DNA of 63,813 nt, the filler included, from Hyphochytrium catenoides (Eukaryota; Protista; Hyphochytriomycota), in assembly GCA_900088475.1 (NCBI GenBank). It is 9 parts of 9 records of this genome, joined end to end, with 100 filler letters (N's around TTAATTAATTAA, not from the genome) between each part and the next. Parts side by side here need not be neighbours in the genome. Positions count along the whole stretch, not along the records: positions 1 to 6,881 come from FLMG01001720.1; positions 6,982 to 9,275 come from FLMG01002638.1; positions 9,376 to 21,395 come from FLMG01003505.1; 6 more parts are not named here. The stretch is one strand, 5' to 3'. A model generated the notes under the pieces. That model had not been told where the DNA came from. It was given only the letters and a program-made list of their open reading frames with translations, and made no database searches. Shown in pieces: positions 1 to 12,400 of this stretch. How positions within the stretch are numbered: position 1 is the stretch's first letter; the number at the start of each line of letters is the position of its first letter. The position numbers were made by a program, and so were the translations under genes.

Positions 1-1140
1 TGGGCGGGTGGGGGGTTGACAGATGGCCTTATGTGTTTGCTCACTTCCCATATCTCCTGATTTTCTGGTCCCATCTACCTACAAACTCGCATTATTTCCT
101 GATATGTAGTAATCAGGGTTTGAGGCACATCTCTATGTGCACTCTGTCTTTCAGAAGTAGGCCTCTGTCTTCCAGTACCCAAGATCTATTATGAAGTTGA
201 GGATAGCCCTAGAATTACCAAAAGAAAGCCGCGGGCTGGTCAGTATTGCTTTACTTTGTGATAGCTAAGCCCGAAGGTAGTCCGCCCAAGGTGGGTAGGT
301 AGCGCTTTAGGAGCGATGTATTACGAAATATAGGGATATGAAGCGAAAGATGGACCTCTCGTCACTCCAAGTATGGACAACTCTATGGTCAAATAGAACG
401 ATTTAGGACGGGTGGGACATCTAGTCATCAAGCTTCCTACCCCTAGCAACAGCTCTTGAAAAGGGGTTAAAGTAGGGGGTATGTTGAAGATAGGAAATAT
501 TTCAGATGATATACTACCAACGTTAGTTTCCTATTTGATTACCTCTCCTTTCATTTCTCCGTCTTGAAGTTGATTTCTTTGCAAACTTTCCTTTTTCTAA
601 GAAGAAGGGTGTTTCCCCGTAGCGCCTGGGACAAGGCTATCCAAATACAACCAAGACCTCATAAACATAAGCGCCTGCTACCTTGGTAGAGGGGGTTACC
701 CCCAAATAAGAAGGGTTGAGCGTTACAGCTTAGGATCTGGGACTCTGAGTCGGTGAAACCTAAAACGTTCTGCTAGAAATCTTAGGTGAAATAGAACAAC
801 TCGAGGAACTAGGAGTTGTCCATAGTTAATACTCAAGAGATGAGGCTACTATTGAGCTAAATGGACAATAAATCTAGAACGACATCTGCACTCTTTTTTC
901 CTCTATAATAACAAGGCTTTGACGCCGGTGAAGGCCCCCCGCTTTTTACACCCCCTGGATATAGCTCCACCCCCCATGAGAGCTTATAACAGCCTTTTCA
1001 GAAAGGGGAGACTCCAGAACTGATGTGTCCAGGTGAGGGGGGTTGGGGATAGTCAGTTTAGGTAGCTGGTGGCGTCCAGTGTCCTCAGAGTGGCCCACCC
1101 ATCCCCGGAAATTGAAATGCCGGTGACGTTGATGGTGCAT
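1..1140. other. Microsatellite-free, TAG/CTA-rich island; probable decayed repeat or pseudogene
   Basis: No long ORF. A minus frame near 1-270 reads ...ILNFIIDLGYWKTEAYF*KTECT*RC... with scattered stops. Hand count in 1-540 gives about 29 TAG+CTA versus about 13 CAG+CTG. No family recognised. Confidence 0.35.
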
Positions 1141-1169
1141 TATGGCATTGAAAGTTAGGCATCTTAACC

Positions 1170-1518
1170 TTGTCTTTTAGCGTCAAGGTGGGTGGGAAGC
1201 AAGGATCAAAGAGGGGAAGACAGAGTGGAGAGGGATACAGAGAAGGAGAGGGAGAGGGAACAAGAACAGAGAAAGAAACTGCAAAGGACAGAGAGAAAGA
1301 GAAAGAGAGAGCCACAGACAGAGAGGGATATAGAGAAGAGAGAAGGAGAGAAAAAGAGAGCGGCGGTGTGAGAGAGAGAGAGAGAGAAAGAGGCAAAACG
1401 AGATAGAAGAGAGAGACACCAGTTGGGGGAGAAAAGTGACAAGAGAGAGAGAGAGAGAGAGAGAACGAGAGAGAGAGACACTTGGAGATAGGGAGAAAAG
1501 CGACAAGAGAGATATCAG

Positions 1519-1575
<57 letters not shown>

Positions 1576-2630
1576 CACGTGGTGTGCGGCATGAAAAGCT
1601 GCAGCGGCGCGACGATCGAATCTGGGAGAGAAATAATGTAACTCTATCTTCATCTGCCATTGGACATTCAGGAGAGAAAGAGAGAGAGAGACTGAGACGA
1701 GGAGACACAGAGCGAGAGAGAGAAGAGAGAGATTACGTCCAAAAATGTTTTGGCTAGGAGTCTAGACAGCAAGAGACAAGAGGAATAATCAAGCGAAGAG
1801 TTGAGAGAGAGATGATGCCCAGGTTGGCATGTCAGAAACATCTTCTCTCTCTCTCTCTCTTTCTCTGTCTTTGCCATCTGTTGTCATCCACAAATCTAAC
1901 CGAGGTGCAGCTGCTTGGGCAAGGCACGCGGAAAAGGAGAGAGAGGGAGAGAGAGGGGAGAGAGGGGAGAGAGAGAGAGAAAGAGAGAGAGACGGGAACA
2001 AAGAAGAGAGGCACCTGCGGACAACCACCACGTAAGCTTCTCTCTTTTGCACACTGCACACATCCTCTGCATAGGAAATGGGGCAAAAGAAATGGAGGAA
2101 CAAAACGAATGAGATGAGAGAAAGACGGAAAGCGAGAAGAGAAGAGAATGGGGAGACAGAGTGTAAGAGAGACGAAAGGAGAGAGAGACTGCTGTCGACC
2201 TTCACTACTCGTCCAGCCACAGCTCTGAGCTTCCCTGAAAAGGAAGAGAAGAGCAGCACTGTTTCTCTTTCCATGTCTCTCTTTCTTCTTTCCGTCAACT
2301 TTTTCTCTCTCTCTCTTCTCCCCATCAACTCTCTCTCTCACTTCTACGACGCAACCGCCTGCCCATGCATGTCTCACCACCTCCAAGACAAAGAGTTTTA
2401 CACTCAACAGGAAAAGGGAAGCGATAATAATGAAGAGAACGGTGACGAGCAACAATGAGAGAGAGAGAGACAGAGAGAGAGAGAGAGAAGAAAATTTGTT
2501 AGCATATCTTTGTCGGCGCCTAAGTGTCTTTTCATTGACAGCTCAAAGAATTTCGAACAACACGACAGGGAAAGAGAGAGAAAAGAGAGATATGATGAGA
2601 CGGCAGAGTCTGAGGAGAAAAGAGCAATTA

Positions 2631-2688
<58 letters not shown>

Positions 2689-2807
2689 TTGTCTCGGTCT
2701 CGCTTTTGCAGCAGTGGCCTTCTGGCTCAAAAGCAAAATTAGTAAGAAAGGCGAGAACCTATATTATATTGTCCTCAGTATTCCCCTGATCTGCAACAGT
2801 CAACACT

Positions 2808-2838
<31 letters not shown>

Positions 2839-3410
2839 AGCCTTTCATTATCCGCTCAAGAGAAGAGAGAAGCACAGGCCCAAAGGCTGGCTGATCAGCT
2901 CTGACGACACATTTGCAGCTGTTTGTTCCTTTCTTGAAAGTCAGTTCCACCATCGCCCAGAGATTGGTCATCGTCTTGAAAGAGAAATAGGCAGCCTGAG
3001 AGAGAGAGAGAGAGAGAAAACGAGAGAGAGAGAGAGAGAAAAAGAGAAAAGCGAGAGAAATCAAGGATGTCAGAAAGGACGAAAGGGAGAGAGAGAGAAA
3101 TATCAAAAGAGAATATACTGTCAAGAAACAAAGGAAGAGAGAGGGTAGACATGTGACATAAAGAGAAGGAAAACTTGGAGAAAGAGAAAGGAAAAGGCCC
3201 GGAAGTGAGGACAAAAGCTCCCAGGAAACAGAGATAGAGAGCCGCAACATAGAGAAGAGAGCCAACAAAGCGAGAGAGAAGAGTGAGCAACAGGAGAGAG
3301 AGAGAGAGAACTAAAGAGACTGAAGGTCGACGCAACAGCAGATGCGAGAGAAAAAAGGAGAAGAGAGAGAAAGTGAGAGAGAGAGACAGACGAGACTGTC
3401 TTCCAATCTT
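1170..3410. repeat. (AG)n/(CT)n microsatellite-rich low-complexity region
   Basis: Long pure tracts, e.g. (AG)n 1521-1570 and (CT)n 2633-2678. These generate the spurious RERERE/LSLSLS ORFs. Confidence 0.9.
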
Positions 3411-4125
3411 CCTCACCTCAAGACCCTCTCCCACGGGTCTCTTTGCCACGGGGANNNNNNNNNNNNNNNNNNNNNNNNNNNNNNNNNNNNNNNNNNNNNN
3501 NNNNNNNNNNNNNNAGAGAGAGAGAGACTCCTTTCCTTCTTCCACACTCTTCCACTTTGTGAGGAACATCTCTCTCTCGAGTTGTCCGTCTTCCATGAGA
3601 ATGGACTCCAGGTCCAAGCGGAAGACGAAGTAGACGACATTCCCGGTAGACATTAGCTTGAGGNNNNNNNNNNNNNNNNNNNNNNNNNNNNNNNNNNNNN
3701 NNNNNNNNNNNNNNNNNNNNNNNNNNNNNNNNNNNNNNNNNNNNNNNNNNNNNNNNNNNNNNNNNNNNNNNNNNNNNNNNNNNNNNNNNNNNNNNNNNNN
3801 NNNNNNNNNNNNNNNNNNNNNNNNNNNNNNNNNNNNNNNNNNNNNNNNNNNNNNNNNNNNNNNNNNNNNNNNNNNNNNNNNNNNNNNNNNNNNNNNNNNN
3901 NNNNNNNNNNNNNNNNNNNNNNNNNNNNNNNNNNNNNNNNNNNNNNNNNNNNNNNNNNNNNNNNNNNNNNNNNNNNNNNNNNNNNNNNNNNNNNNNNNNN
4001 NNNNNNNNNNNNNNNNNNNNNNNNNNNNNNNNNNNNNNNNNNNNNNGTTCTCTCTCTCTCTGTCTCTTGCTCTCTCGGTCTCTCCCCTCTCGCTGGTCTC
4101 TCTTTCTCTTTCTCTCTCCGTCTCT

Positions 4126-4179
<54 letters not shown>

Positions 4180-5351
4180 TCCCCTCTCTCTTTCTTGTTG
4201 ACCATGCAGCAAGTCATTGGATTCTCAATCTTCCTGATGTGGTTCATGGTTAGCACGTATCTGTATGGATTCAACAGTCTTATTTCGGAATACTGGCCGC
4301 AGCATCTCAGCTACGTCAACCGCTCGTCTTACACTTACTGCATGACCACCATCACCAGCAACAGCATTATTGGGGTGAGCCTCTCGCNNNNNNNNNNNNN
4401 NNNNNNNNNNNNNNNNNNNNNNNNNNNNNNNNNNNNNNNNNNNNNNNNNNNNNNNNNNNNNNNNNNNNNNNNNNNNNNNNNNNNNNNNNNNNNNNNNNNN
4501 NNNNNNNNNNNNNNNNCTCTCTCTCTCGTCTCTCTCTCTCTCACACCTGTACATCCACAGTAGGCGGCACACTCGCATTGACCATATTCGGCGCCACTGT
4601 CATTGGAAGCTCTCCCGCTGCAGTTGCTCCAGGGGCAATGGGAGGAGAGAAAGAGAGTTGTTGACGGAGAGGAGAGAGACCAAAAGTGTTTTTGTTTAGC
4701 TGGAGAGCCAATCCGGGGAGAGGAGAAGGAGAGAGATTGGTTATCTCCATCTCTAGAACACATTGACCGTTCTTCCGTAAGAGAGAGGCTGCGATTTGTA
4801 TGCCTTGTCCCTTTTCAGAAGAGAGAACAATTGGCTTTGTCTTTCCTCCCGCGGGAGAGGAAGAGGGAGCAGCAGGAGAGAGAAGATCGTCAAGGAGAGA
4901 GGAGCCAGAGGTTGACTTGGTAGGAGCAGGGGCGGCGGGAGAGGGAGAGAGAGAGAGACCGCCCATGTCGAGAAGATCAACCGGAGCAGAAGAGGAAGAA
5001 GAAGAAGGCTTCGTCTCTCCCTCTGTCTCGCTCTCTTCCTCCTCTCCAGAATCTTCCGGTTCGTCTTCGGATTCTGGCTTCCTTTCCACTGCACAAATGA
5101 GGGACAAAAGAGAGAGAGAGAAAGAGAGAGAGAGAGTCAGCAGAAAGCGGTGAGGGAGATCAAAATCTTCCTGAATGAGTATTGTCCAACGACGTGTCTT
5201 TCTCTTCGGTAGCTCTCTCTTTCCACTTTCCCTCTCTTATCCCTTCTCGTGTCTCTCTCGTCTAATTCTCTCTCTCTCTCCCACAGCTTTCTCCGTAATC
5301 TCATCTCCTCTTGCTCTACGTTTCTCCTTCGCTTTGATCCTCCATCCCTTT

Positions 5352-5396
<45 letters not shown>

Positions 5397-5744
5397 TCTC
5401 TCTTTCCTCACCTGCCGCACTCTTGACGACGAAAGCTTCAGGAGGCTTATGATAGACAGAGGCCAATGTTGCAATGTTTCCAACCAAAGTTTCAAGAAGA
5501 GAACCCTCGATCGCCCCTGTGTCATCTTCGATTCTTTTCTTTTCACCCAAAACTACCGCTTTCGCTGTTTCGGGAGAGAGAGAGAGAAGTCGCCAGTAGA
5601 CGTATCCTCTGTCTCTCAGATCGGGATTGTCGCTGTCTTCTGTGGCGAGAGAGAGAACCTTTTGGACCATCTCCTGTGTCTCACTTGGACGCTTGAGGAA
5701 GAGCTTCACTGTCGCTGTCAGCAGCTGGAGTTGGACCTGGTATC

Positions 5745-5785
<41 letters not shown>

Positions 5786-6881
5786 GGAAGAGAGGTGAAA
5801 AACGTGTGAAAGGGAGGGAGGAATATGGGGTACAAGCGGCAGATTAGTCAGAAAAAAATAGAGAGGAGAGAGTTAAGAAAACGACGAGAGAGAGAGAGAG
5901 AGGAGGGAGGAGAGACAAAGGAAGGTAGGGAATGATAGGAGAGAGACAAACGATAAGACAGAGAAGAATGCAGGGGGGATTCTCCTTGAAACGTACACCA
6001 AGGAGAAACAGAGGGCGAAAGAAAGAGACAGAGAAGGAAGCTCACTAACGAAAGACTCAAGAGACAGAGCATACGGTAAAATAAAGGAAACGCGAGAGAG
6101 TGAATAACAGACAGAGAGGAGAGAGAAAAGAAGAGTAGGGAGAGGGAGGAGAGAACCCAATACGTTTAGCACCAGGCAGAGAAAGAGCGGAAAGCTAAGA
6201 AGACAGGAAGAGGAGGATACAGAGCTTGGTAGGTTTGCAGCGATAGAGACGGAGGAGAGAAGAGAGAGAAAGAGGACAAAAGCAGAATCAGCGAGAGAGA
6301 GAGAGAGAGAGAAAGGACTCACGGTTGCCGTCTCGTCATGGAAGTTTTCAAGGTAATTCTCCAGCAGTTCATCCGCGTTATCAATCCTTCCCGCGTACTC
6401 GCCAATGATCCAAATCATTGAAGCTTTCGCCTCAGGCTCGTCCAGACTCTCCAGGTTCTCACATAGAGTGGCGATGATTCCCTGAAAGAGAGAGAGAGTG
6501 TGTATTTGAGGAGACAGGAAAAGAAAGAGGTGAGAGAGTGAGAAGGAAAGAGAGAGACAAAAGAACATGGAAGAGAAACGGAGAAAAAGGGATTTTGAGA
6601 TTGAGAAAGAGAGGGGAGGGAGAGAGGAGGGCCGAGAAAAGATAGGAAGAGAAAGAAGAGAACTGTCAGAGAAGAGGAGACAGCAAAAGGAGGAGGGGAG
6701 AAAGACACTGGCTAGAGAGTGACAGACATGAGAGACTGGAAAAGAGCGAGAAGAAAAGAGAAAAGAAGAGAGAGCGAGAGAGAGAGAAAGAAAGAGAGAG
6801 AGAGAGAGAGAGAGGAGAAGAGAGAGAGAGACGACATTACCTCGTATTTGTTGGGATACTTCCTGAAGATATCTTTGATGA
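2837..6881 (-). CDS. AP1B1: AP-1/AP-2 complex beta subunit (beta-adaptin), 3' half; 5' part lost in gap
   Basis: Exons ~6841-6881 ([13 protein letters not shown]), 6323-6481 ([25 protein letters not shown]), 5412-5736 ([17 protein letters not shown]...[17 protein letters not shown]), 4547-~5089 (hinge with DLLDM/LLDDLL clathrin-box-like motifs and appendage [11 protein letters not shown]), ~3417-3663 (gapped) and 2837-2995 ([19 protein letters not shown]...stop). Beta1 and beta2 cannot be distinguished. Confidence 0.95.
4210..4374 (+). CDS. Isolated exon of an unidentified membrane protein, antisense within the beta-adaptin intron and flanked by N gaps
   Basis: (CT)n tract, then cag|, 165 nt of open phase-0 frame [55 protein letters not shown], then |gtgag. 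Confidence 0.6.
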
Positions 6882-6925
6882 NNNNNNNNNNNNNNNNNNN
6901 NNNNNNNNNNNNNNNNNNNNNNNNN

Positions 6926-6937
6926 TTAATTAATTAA
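6926..6937. other. Artificial contig-join spacer TTAATTAATTAA
   Basis: 12-mer with stops in all six frames, centred in a 100-bp N gap; identical at eight places in the window. Confidence 0.95.
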
Positions 6938-7183
6938 NNNNNNNNNNNNNNNNNNNNNNNNNNNNNNNNNNNNNNNNNNNNGATGAGTAATCTGTCCTTT
7001 CTTCCTTCTCGTCGCTTGATAGCTACGTTAAGGAGAGAGAGAGAGAGAACTACTGCTTGTGAAAGAGACACAGAAAGAGAGAGAGAGAGAGAAGCGCGAG
7101 ACGACAGGAGATAGAAGAGAGAGGTATAGTTGCTTGGATCAGACAGAGTGTAGGATAATATAGTCAGTACGTAGATACAGAAG

Positions 7184-7222
<39 letters not shown>

Positions 7223-9319
7223 GTTGCGAGAAAGAGAGAAAGAATAATGTGACCGGAGGAGGAGAGAGAAGAGACGAAGGAAGAGAGAGACAGACGACAA
7301 GTGTACATAGACAGGACGCTTTTGTGGTGACGGAGGAGGAAGGATGATGATGGTGATGATGGCTGAGACGGTCAGAGAGGAAGGAAGGAAGCCAGAAGGA
7401 GAGAGAAAACAGGCAACATGAGGAGAGAAGAAAAAAGAGAAAGAGAAAGAGAGAGAAAGGGATACAGATGATACATATAGACAGAGAGGAAAGGAAAGAA
7501 AGGGAGGAGAGATAGATAGAAATAGACGAAGTGAGAGACCGAGAAGAAAAGGGCGAAAGAGAGAGAGAGAGACACGAGGGAGAGGAGAGAGAGAAGGAGA
7601 CATTCTTGAGCGTCATGCAGCCCTTCAGCGTATTGCAGCAGCTCGGATGCCGGGCCAAGAGTGAAGGGACGAAGTCTTTCTCTTTATGGTCGCCTCCAAT
7701 CTCGTGTGGACCACAATGATAATGAAAATAAAAATGCAGATGTTGAAGAGATGTAATAAGAGAATTGAAGAGAAAGAAAGAGAGAGAGAGAGAGACTGAG
7801 AGAAACGACGCGAGAGAGAGAACAAAGTGGGGTACGTACACCACAGAGGTGGAGAGTAACGCTCTCTTCTCCCCTTTGAGGGAAGGGAGGCAATCATCAT
7901 CACCGGAAGAGGCGACAACGAAGACGAAAAATTGTTGGGAAGAGAGGAGAAGAGACTCACTGTCAGAAAGAAACTGCCGCGCATTAGTGTGACGCAAGTG
8001 GAGCCGACCCTGGCTGCTAGTAGGATCGGTGATGGACGAATGACGCTGAGATGGCGAAAGAAGAAGAAGAAGAAGAGAAGAGAGACAAGGCGACAGAATA
8101 TACATCGCTGGGAACTGAGGAGAAGAAGAAGAGAAGAGAGACATGACCGACAGGAAAGCGAAAAGACGTGAGTGATAAAAGGCTTATTTTAGTGTAGAAG
8201 ATAGAGACAAAGAGGGGCAACAAGGACGGAGAAGAAGAGAGGGGAACTGAAGGAGAAGAAGAGAAAAATAACATCGAGAACAGGGAGAAACGGGCGCCGA
8301 CCCCTAGAAGATGAGTTTCTTTATGATGATGTAGTCCTTCTCCCCTCTTCTCCGTCATTCACAATGATCATGCGCCTTTTTAGGTTGTCCTCCACTTCTC
8401 TCTCTCNNNNNNNNNNNNNNNNNNNNNNNNNNNNNNNNNNNNNNNNNNNNNNNNNNNNNNNNNNNNNNNNNNNNNNNNNNNNNNNNNNNNTTTTACGTTG
8501 ACTAGTTCTTCTTCCTTCGTCGTCATACTGATGAAGGTTGATAGCTGTTTTGATTGAGAAGCTCCTCCCAGGACGCCTCATGATGATGTCAACCAGCCCG
8601 CGGACACCATTGATCTCTCCTAGATTCTTCCCTTCTTCATGCCTCTTGGGTCTTTCCTCCTAGACAAAAGTAGCTGTTCGTTCTTCCGCCTCTTCTTCCT
8701 AATGATCCTCTCTTCTTTCTTCCGGATATTAGCAGGCCAGCAGGCAAGAAGAAGAGAGAGAGAGAGAGAGAGAGAACGAGAGAGAGAGAGAGAATGAGAG
8801 AGAGGGAATTAGAGAGAGAAAGATGCGAAGTAACAGCTATGCTATCAAGAGAGATCTCCTGCTGATAGCATGCTTGACGCTACTCTGTCTTCCCGTAGGA
8901 TATGCGGACATGAACCCTTCAGCTGGTGAATGATTCTTCCCCTAGGAGACCAGCTGTTGCTGGCCTGAACAGCGCAATCATCTCCTTCTTCTTCTCCTTC
9001 TCATCATCTGTGTTTCTTGCTAACAACAGGCTGCGACAGCTCAGGAACTGTTGTCTCCTCCTCTTCAACGGCCTTCTCTAAAGGGAAGCAGCCGTCGCTA
9101 AATAAGAGAGAGAGAACGGCGCACTGTTGTCGTTGATAGACATAATAACAGCTGTCATCCATCCTCCTTCTTCTTTTCTCTTCTGATGAGAAAAGACTGA
9201 CCATATAAAAGAGGACAGCAAGGAGTTACTTTCTTCTCCCAGTGTCGGGCAGTCTTTCTCCTTCGGGTTCTCTCTNNNNNNNNNNNNNNNNNNNNNNNNN
9301 NNNNNNNNNNNNNNNNNNN

Positions 9320-9331
9320 TTAATTAATTAA
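9320..9331. other. Artificial contig-join spacer TTAATTAATTAA
   Basis: Same N-flanked spacer. Confidence 0.95.
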
Positions 9332-9470
9332 NNNNNNNNNNNNNNNNNNNNNNNNNNNNNNNNNNNNNNNNNNNNTTTTAAGTGAGGAGTGAGAGAGAAA
9401 TGGAACACCTGGAGAGTCTCTGCTTCTTGCTGTTACGCTATTCTGACGCTCACGGCGCCGCGTCCTCCAG

Positions 9471-12400
9471 AGCCACGAAGAAGGCAGTCTCATCCGTCAT
9501 ACGGTCAGCTGCCTTGGGACTGTTCTGGCAGCACAGGAGACCACTGCGGACGTCTGGAGCAGACCCCAAACGTTGAAAGCCTTCCACATCGTGTTGAGCT
9601 TTGTGTCAGACAGCAGGCCGAAGGTCAGCGTCATTGCATTCTCTCTTCATATCTCCCTTCTCATTGCTCTACCATCTTTCTCCTTTTTAACCGCTCTATA
9701 TCTCTCACTGGAAGATTGCCTCCTCTCTAATGGATGGGAGCCGCCCGATATGCACTTGCCGATGCTTTTCTTTCTTCCCATACCGTGACACTCCTTCCTC
9801 TTGCAGTTCCACGTCAGACTGACGTCTGTCTCTCTCTTCTGCACTCTCTTTCTCTCTTCTCCAGGTCCGAAAAGCCGCCCAACAAGCTCTGACGGCACTT
9901 CTAAGTCACCACCTTGAGAATAAATGCGATGCACTTGCCACTCACGTAGCCAGTTTTGCGGAGAATGTGATTGGAGGATGCACCGCAAAGGACTCGGCTC
10001 CCGCTCTTCAGCTTCTTTCGTTCCTTAAGGAAGCACTTCCACTACTTCCTCAACAAGTTATTGCCAGTCTTACGGAGAGTCTCCTTCGCTTGCCCACGCT
10101 AGGGAGCAATATCTTAGGCTTGGTGACCTACCAGGTATCAGATTCTCCTTTGTCCTTCTCTTTCCCTCCTGGTCCTTCTACCATTAGTTTGTAGCGTCTA
10201 ACCAGTGGTGACCAGGTTATCTCTGAGCTAGTGTTCAATAGAAGGGCAGATCTGCGGGGCGAGTATCTCTCCTGGCTCGTCCAGCGCTTGATAGAGCTCC
10301 AGCCCAACACGAGCGAGCCAGGACTGGCGTCTATATATGTCAAAGTTCTCTGCACAGCCCTTGTCCGTTTGCAGGAGAGAGTGGCATCCGATCCTTCCTC
10401 TGCTTCTGCTCCAACAGTTGTCTCTCTGCTACCTCGCGTCGTGGCTGTGAGTGTCTCTTTTTTTCAAGCTGACTCCAGTGAGGTCCATCGCGCTGCAGGG
10501 TCGGCGCTGCAGTCCGCTATGTATAAATGTTTACCACTTGCTTTGAAGGACAGGTAAGATGATGCTTCCCGTCGCTCAGGCTGGGTTTCCGTCTGGTCCT
10601 CTAAGGACTGACATTTGCAATCTCCTATAATACAGAACTGGTGAGGAAGAGGCTAACGAAGAAGAAGAGGTCTCCCCTCTTCCAAGAGTGATTGCATCCA
10701 TGCAGAGTCTACTCTCCTTCCGCTATCAGAACGCATGGCAGCACGCTCTTAAAGTCCTCGCCCACCTCTTCAAGATAATGGGAGAAGCAAGCAAGGAATG
10801 GCTCTCAAATCTCTTGCTCTCCGCGGTGCAACTCTACGAATCTGTGGCCGATATGCCCGGAGCCTCGTCTCACACCCGTGAAGGCTTGTTGCATGTAATC
10901 GGCTCTGCCCTGGAAGCAATGGGGCCGGAGAACTTTTTGTCAATCGTCCCCTTGCAGGTAAGGATGCATCTCTCCACTGGAAGGTGACCCAGGAGGTCCA
11001 TTCATACTCCTTCTTAAGCGGCTTCCTAGTCTTCTTAGCTGCCTACTTTTCGACTAGAGGATTGCCTCATCTCTTACTCTGAGTGGCACAGCTGCCCTTT
11101 CCTCACTCTCAACCAACGTCTGTCGTTACATCGCGCTCCTCTTACTCCTCTTCTGTCAATGGTCAGCTTTTGAAAGACAAGCCGACAGAGAAGAACCCTC
11201 GCTCGGGTGGAGTCAGCGAGTCGAGAGCATGGCTTCTGCCTCTGTCGATGGAACACGTAAAGAATTGCTCTTCGTCTTCGTGCTCCCTCCAGTTCTTCAA
11301 GGAGCATATTCTGGGCATAGCTAGGCAGTGCGAAAATCTGGCGAGGGCAGATAGTTCCACAGAGCTAGAGGTAAGAAGGCGCGTACAGTAGAAGAGAGGC
11401 AACCACCAAGCTCTTGGCTTTGCTGATGCAGTTTAGAAGACGAAAGATATCAGAGAGTAGAGTGAGGAGCGAGGTTGTGGCTTAATGCCTTTCTCTTGCC
11501 TGAACTGCAGTCAAAGCACCAGCAGCTCCGATGCATGCAACTTTGGGCGACATTTCCTTCCTTTTGTCAAAGCTGCGGGGACATCTCTCAATCCTTTCCA
11601 TCCATGGCCAAGCTGCTCGGCAACGCCATGAACGACCAGCGGTATCCCGAGCTTCGAGGCGTCATCTGCGCAGGCCTGCAGCACCTCATCTCACGCTGTA
11701 CAGAGAAGAAAGAGAACATGGACGAAGAGGTGAACCACTTCAATCTCTTCCCGTCCTCTGTTCTGTTAGTATATAAATATCCCTCTCGACTCACCACATA
11801 GCCGACAGCTTCGTGCATAAAATTCTCTGTTCACATAAACCTTGCTTGATCGGCTGTCCTCTGTCACTGAATAACTGATGGATCGCCATTGCAGACTGCG
11901 TCCTCCAACATTGAGGAAGACCGCGCCACCCTAGCCAAGTATGCCAAGAACTTTCTACCTCTGTTGTTCTCGTTCGTGGAACAGCTCTCCGATGAGAAGG
12001 ATTCTCTCTTGGCCACGCTGTGCAAAACAGTCGAGGTAAGATCCTGGGCGAACTTGGTTACGACCACCAACTTTTTGCCTCCTTCACCGCTCTAAGGGCC
12101 GGCGTTAGGCGTATAAGAACTCTCTCTCTCCAGGATCTTCGGTGCATTCCCTCTTTAGGTTACCATTGCCCTCCTCTTGATCTCCCTACCGTCGTTCTTT
12201 GGGTGCCCGGCGTGGTTTGCTCTGTCTCTGACTGTCTACCTGCCTCTCCCTTCGGCAAACCTTCATCCTTGCAGGCCTACGCAGCCATCACGGACCCTTC
12301 TCTGCTGAACAAGCTTTTCAAGCAAATCATGCAGAAGCTCTTAGAGGCGACGGCTGAGATCAACAAGGATGTTGAAGGAGTGCAAGGCAAAAAGGATGAG

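Noticed and set aside
1789-2400. Possible small spliced minus-strand gene (MGRRLRRRRKLRAVAGRVVKRMCAVCKREKLTWWLSA...)
   Set aside because: Splice phases can be made to fit, but some sites are weak and the product resembles nothing I recognise.
6982-9275. Exon-like non-repetitive patches on the minus strand
   Set aside because: I could not assemble a consistent frame or recognise a domain; in-frame stops occur in 8491-9204.
11779-11838. Hairpin AGCCGA...TCGGCT in an RRP12 intron as an H/ACA snoRNA
   Set aside because: No ANANNA box, second hairpin or correctly placed ACA was found.
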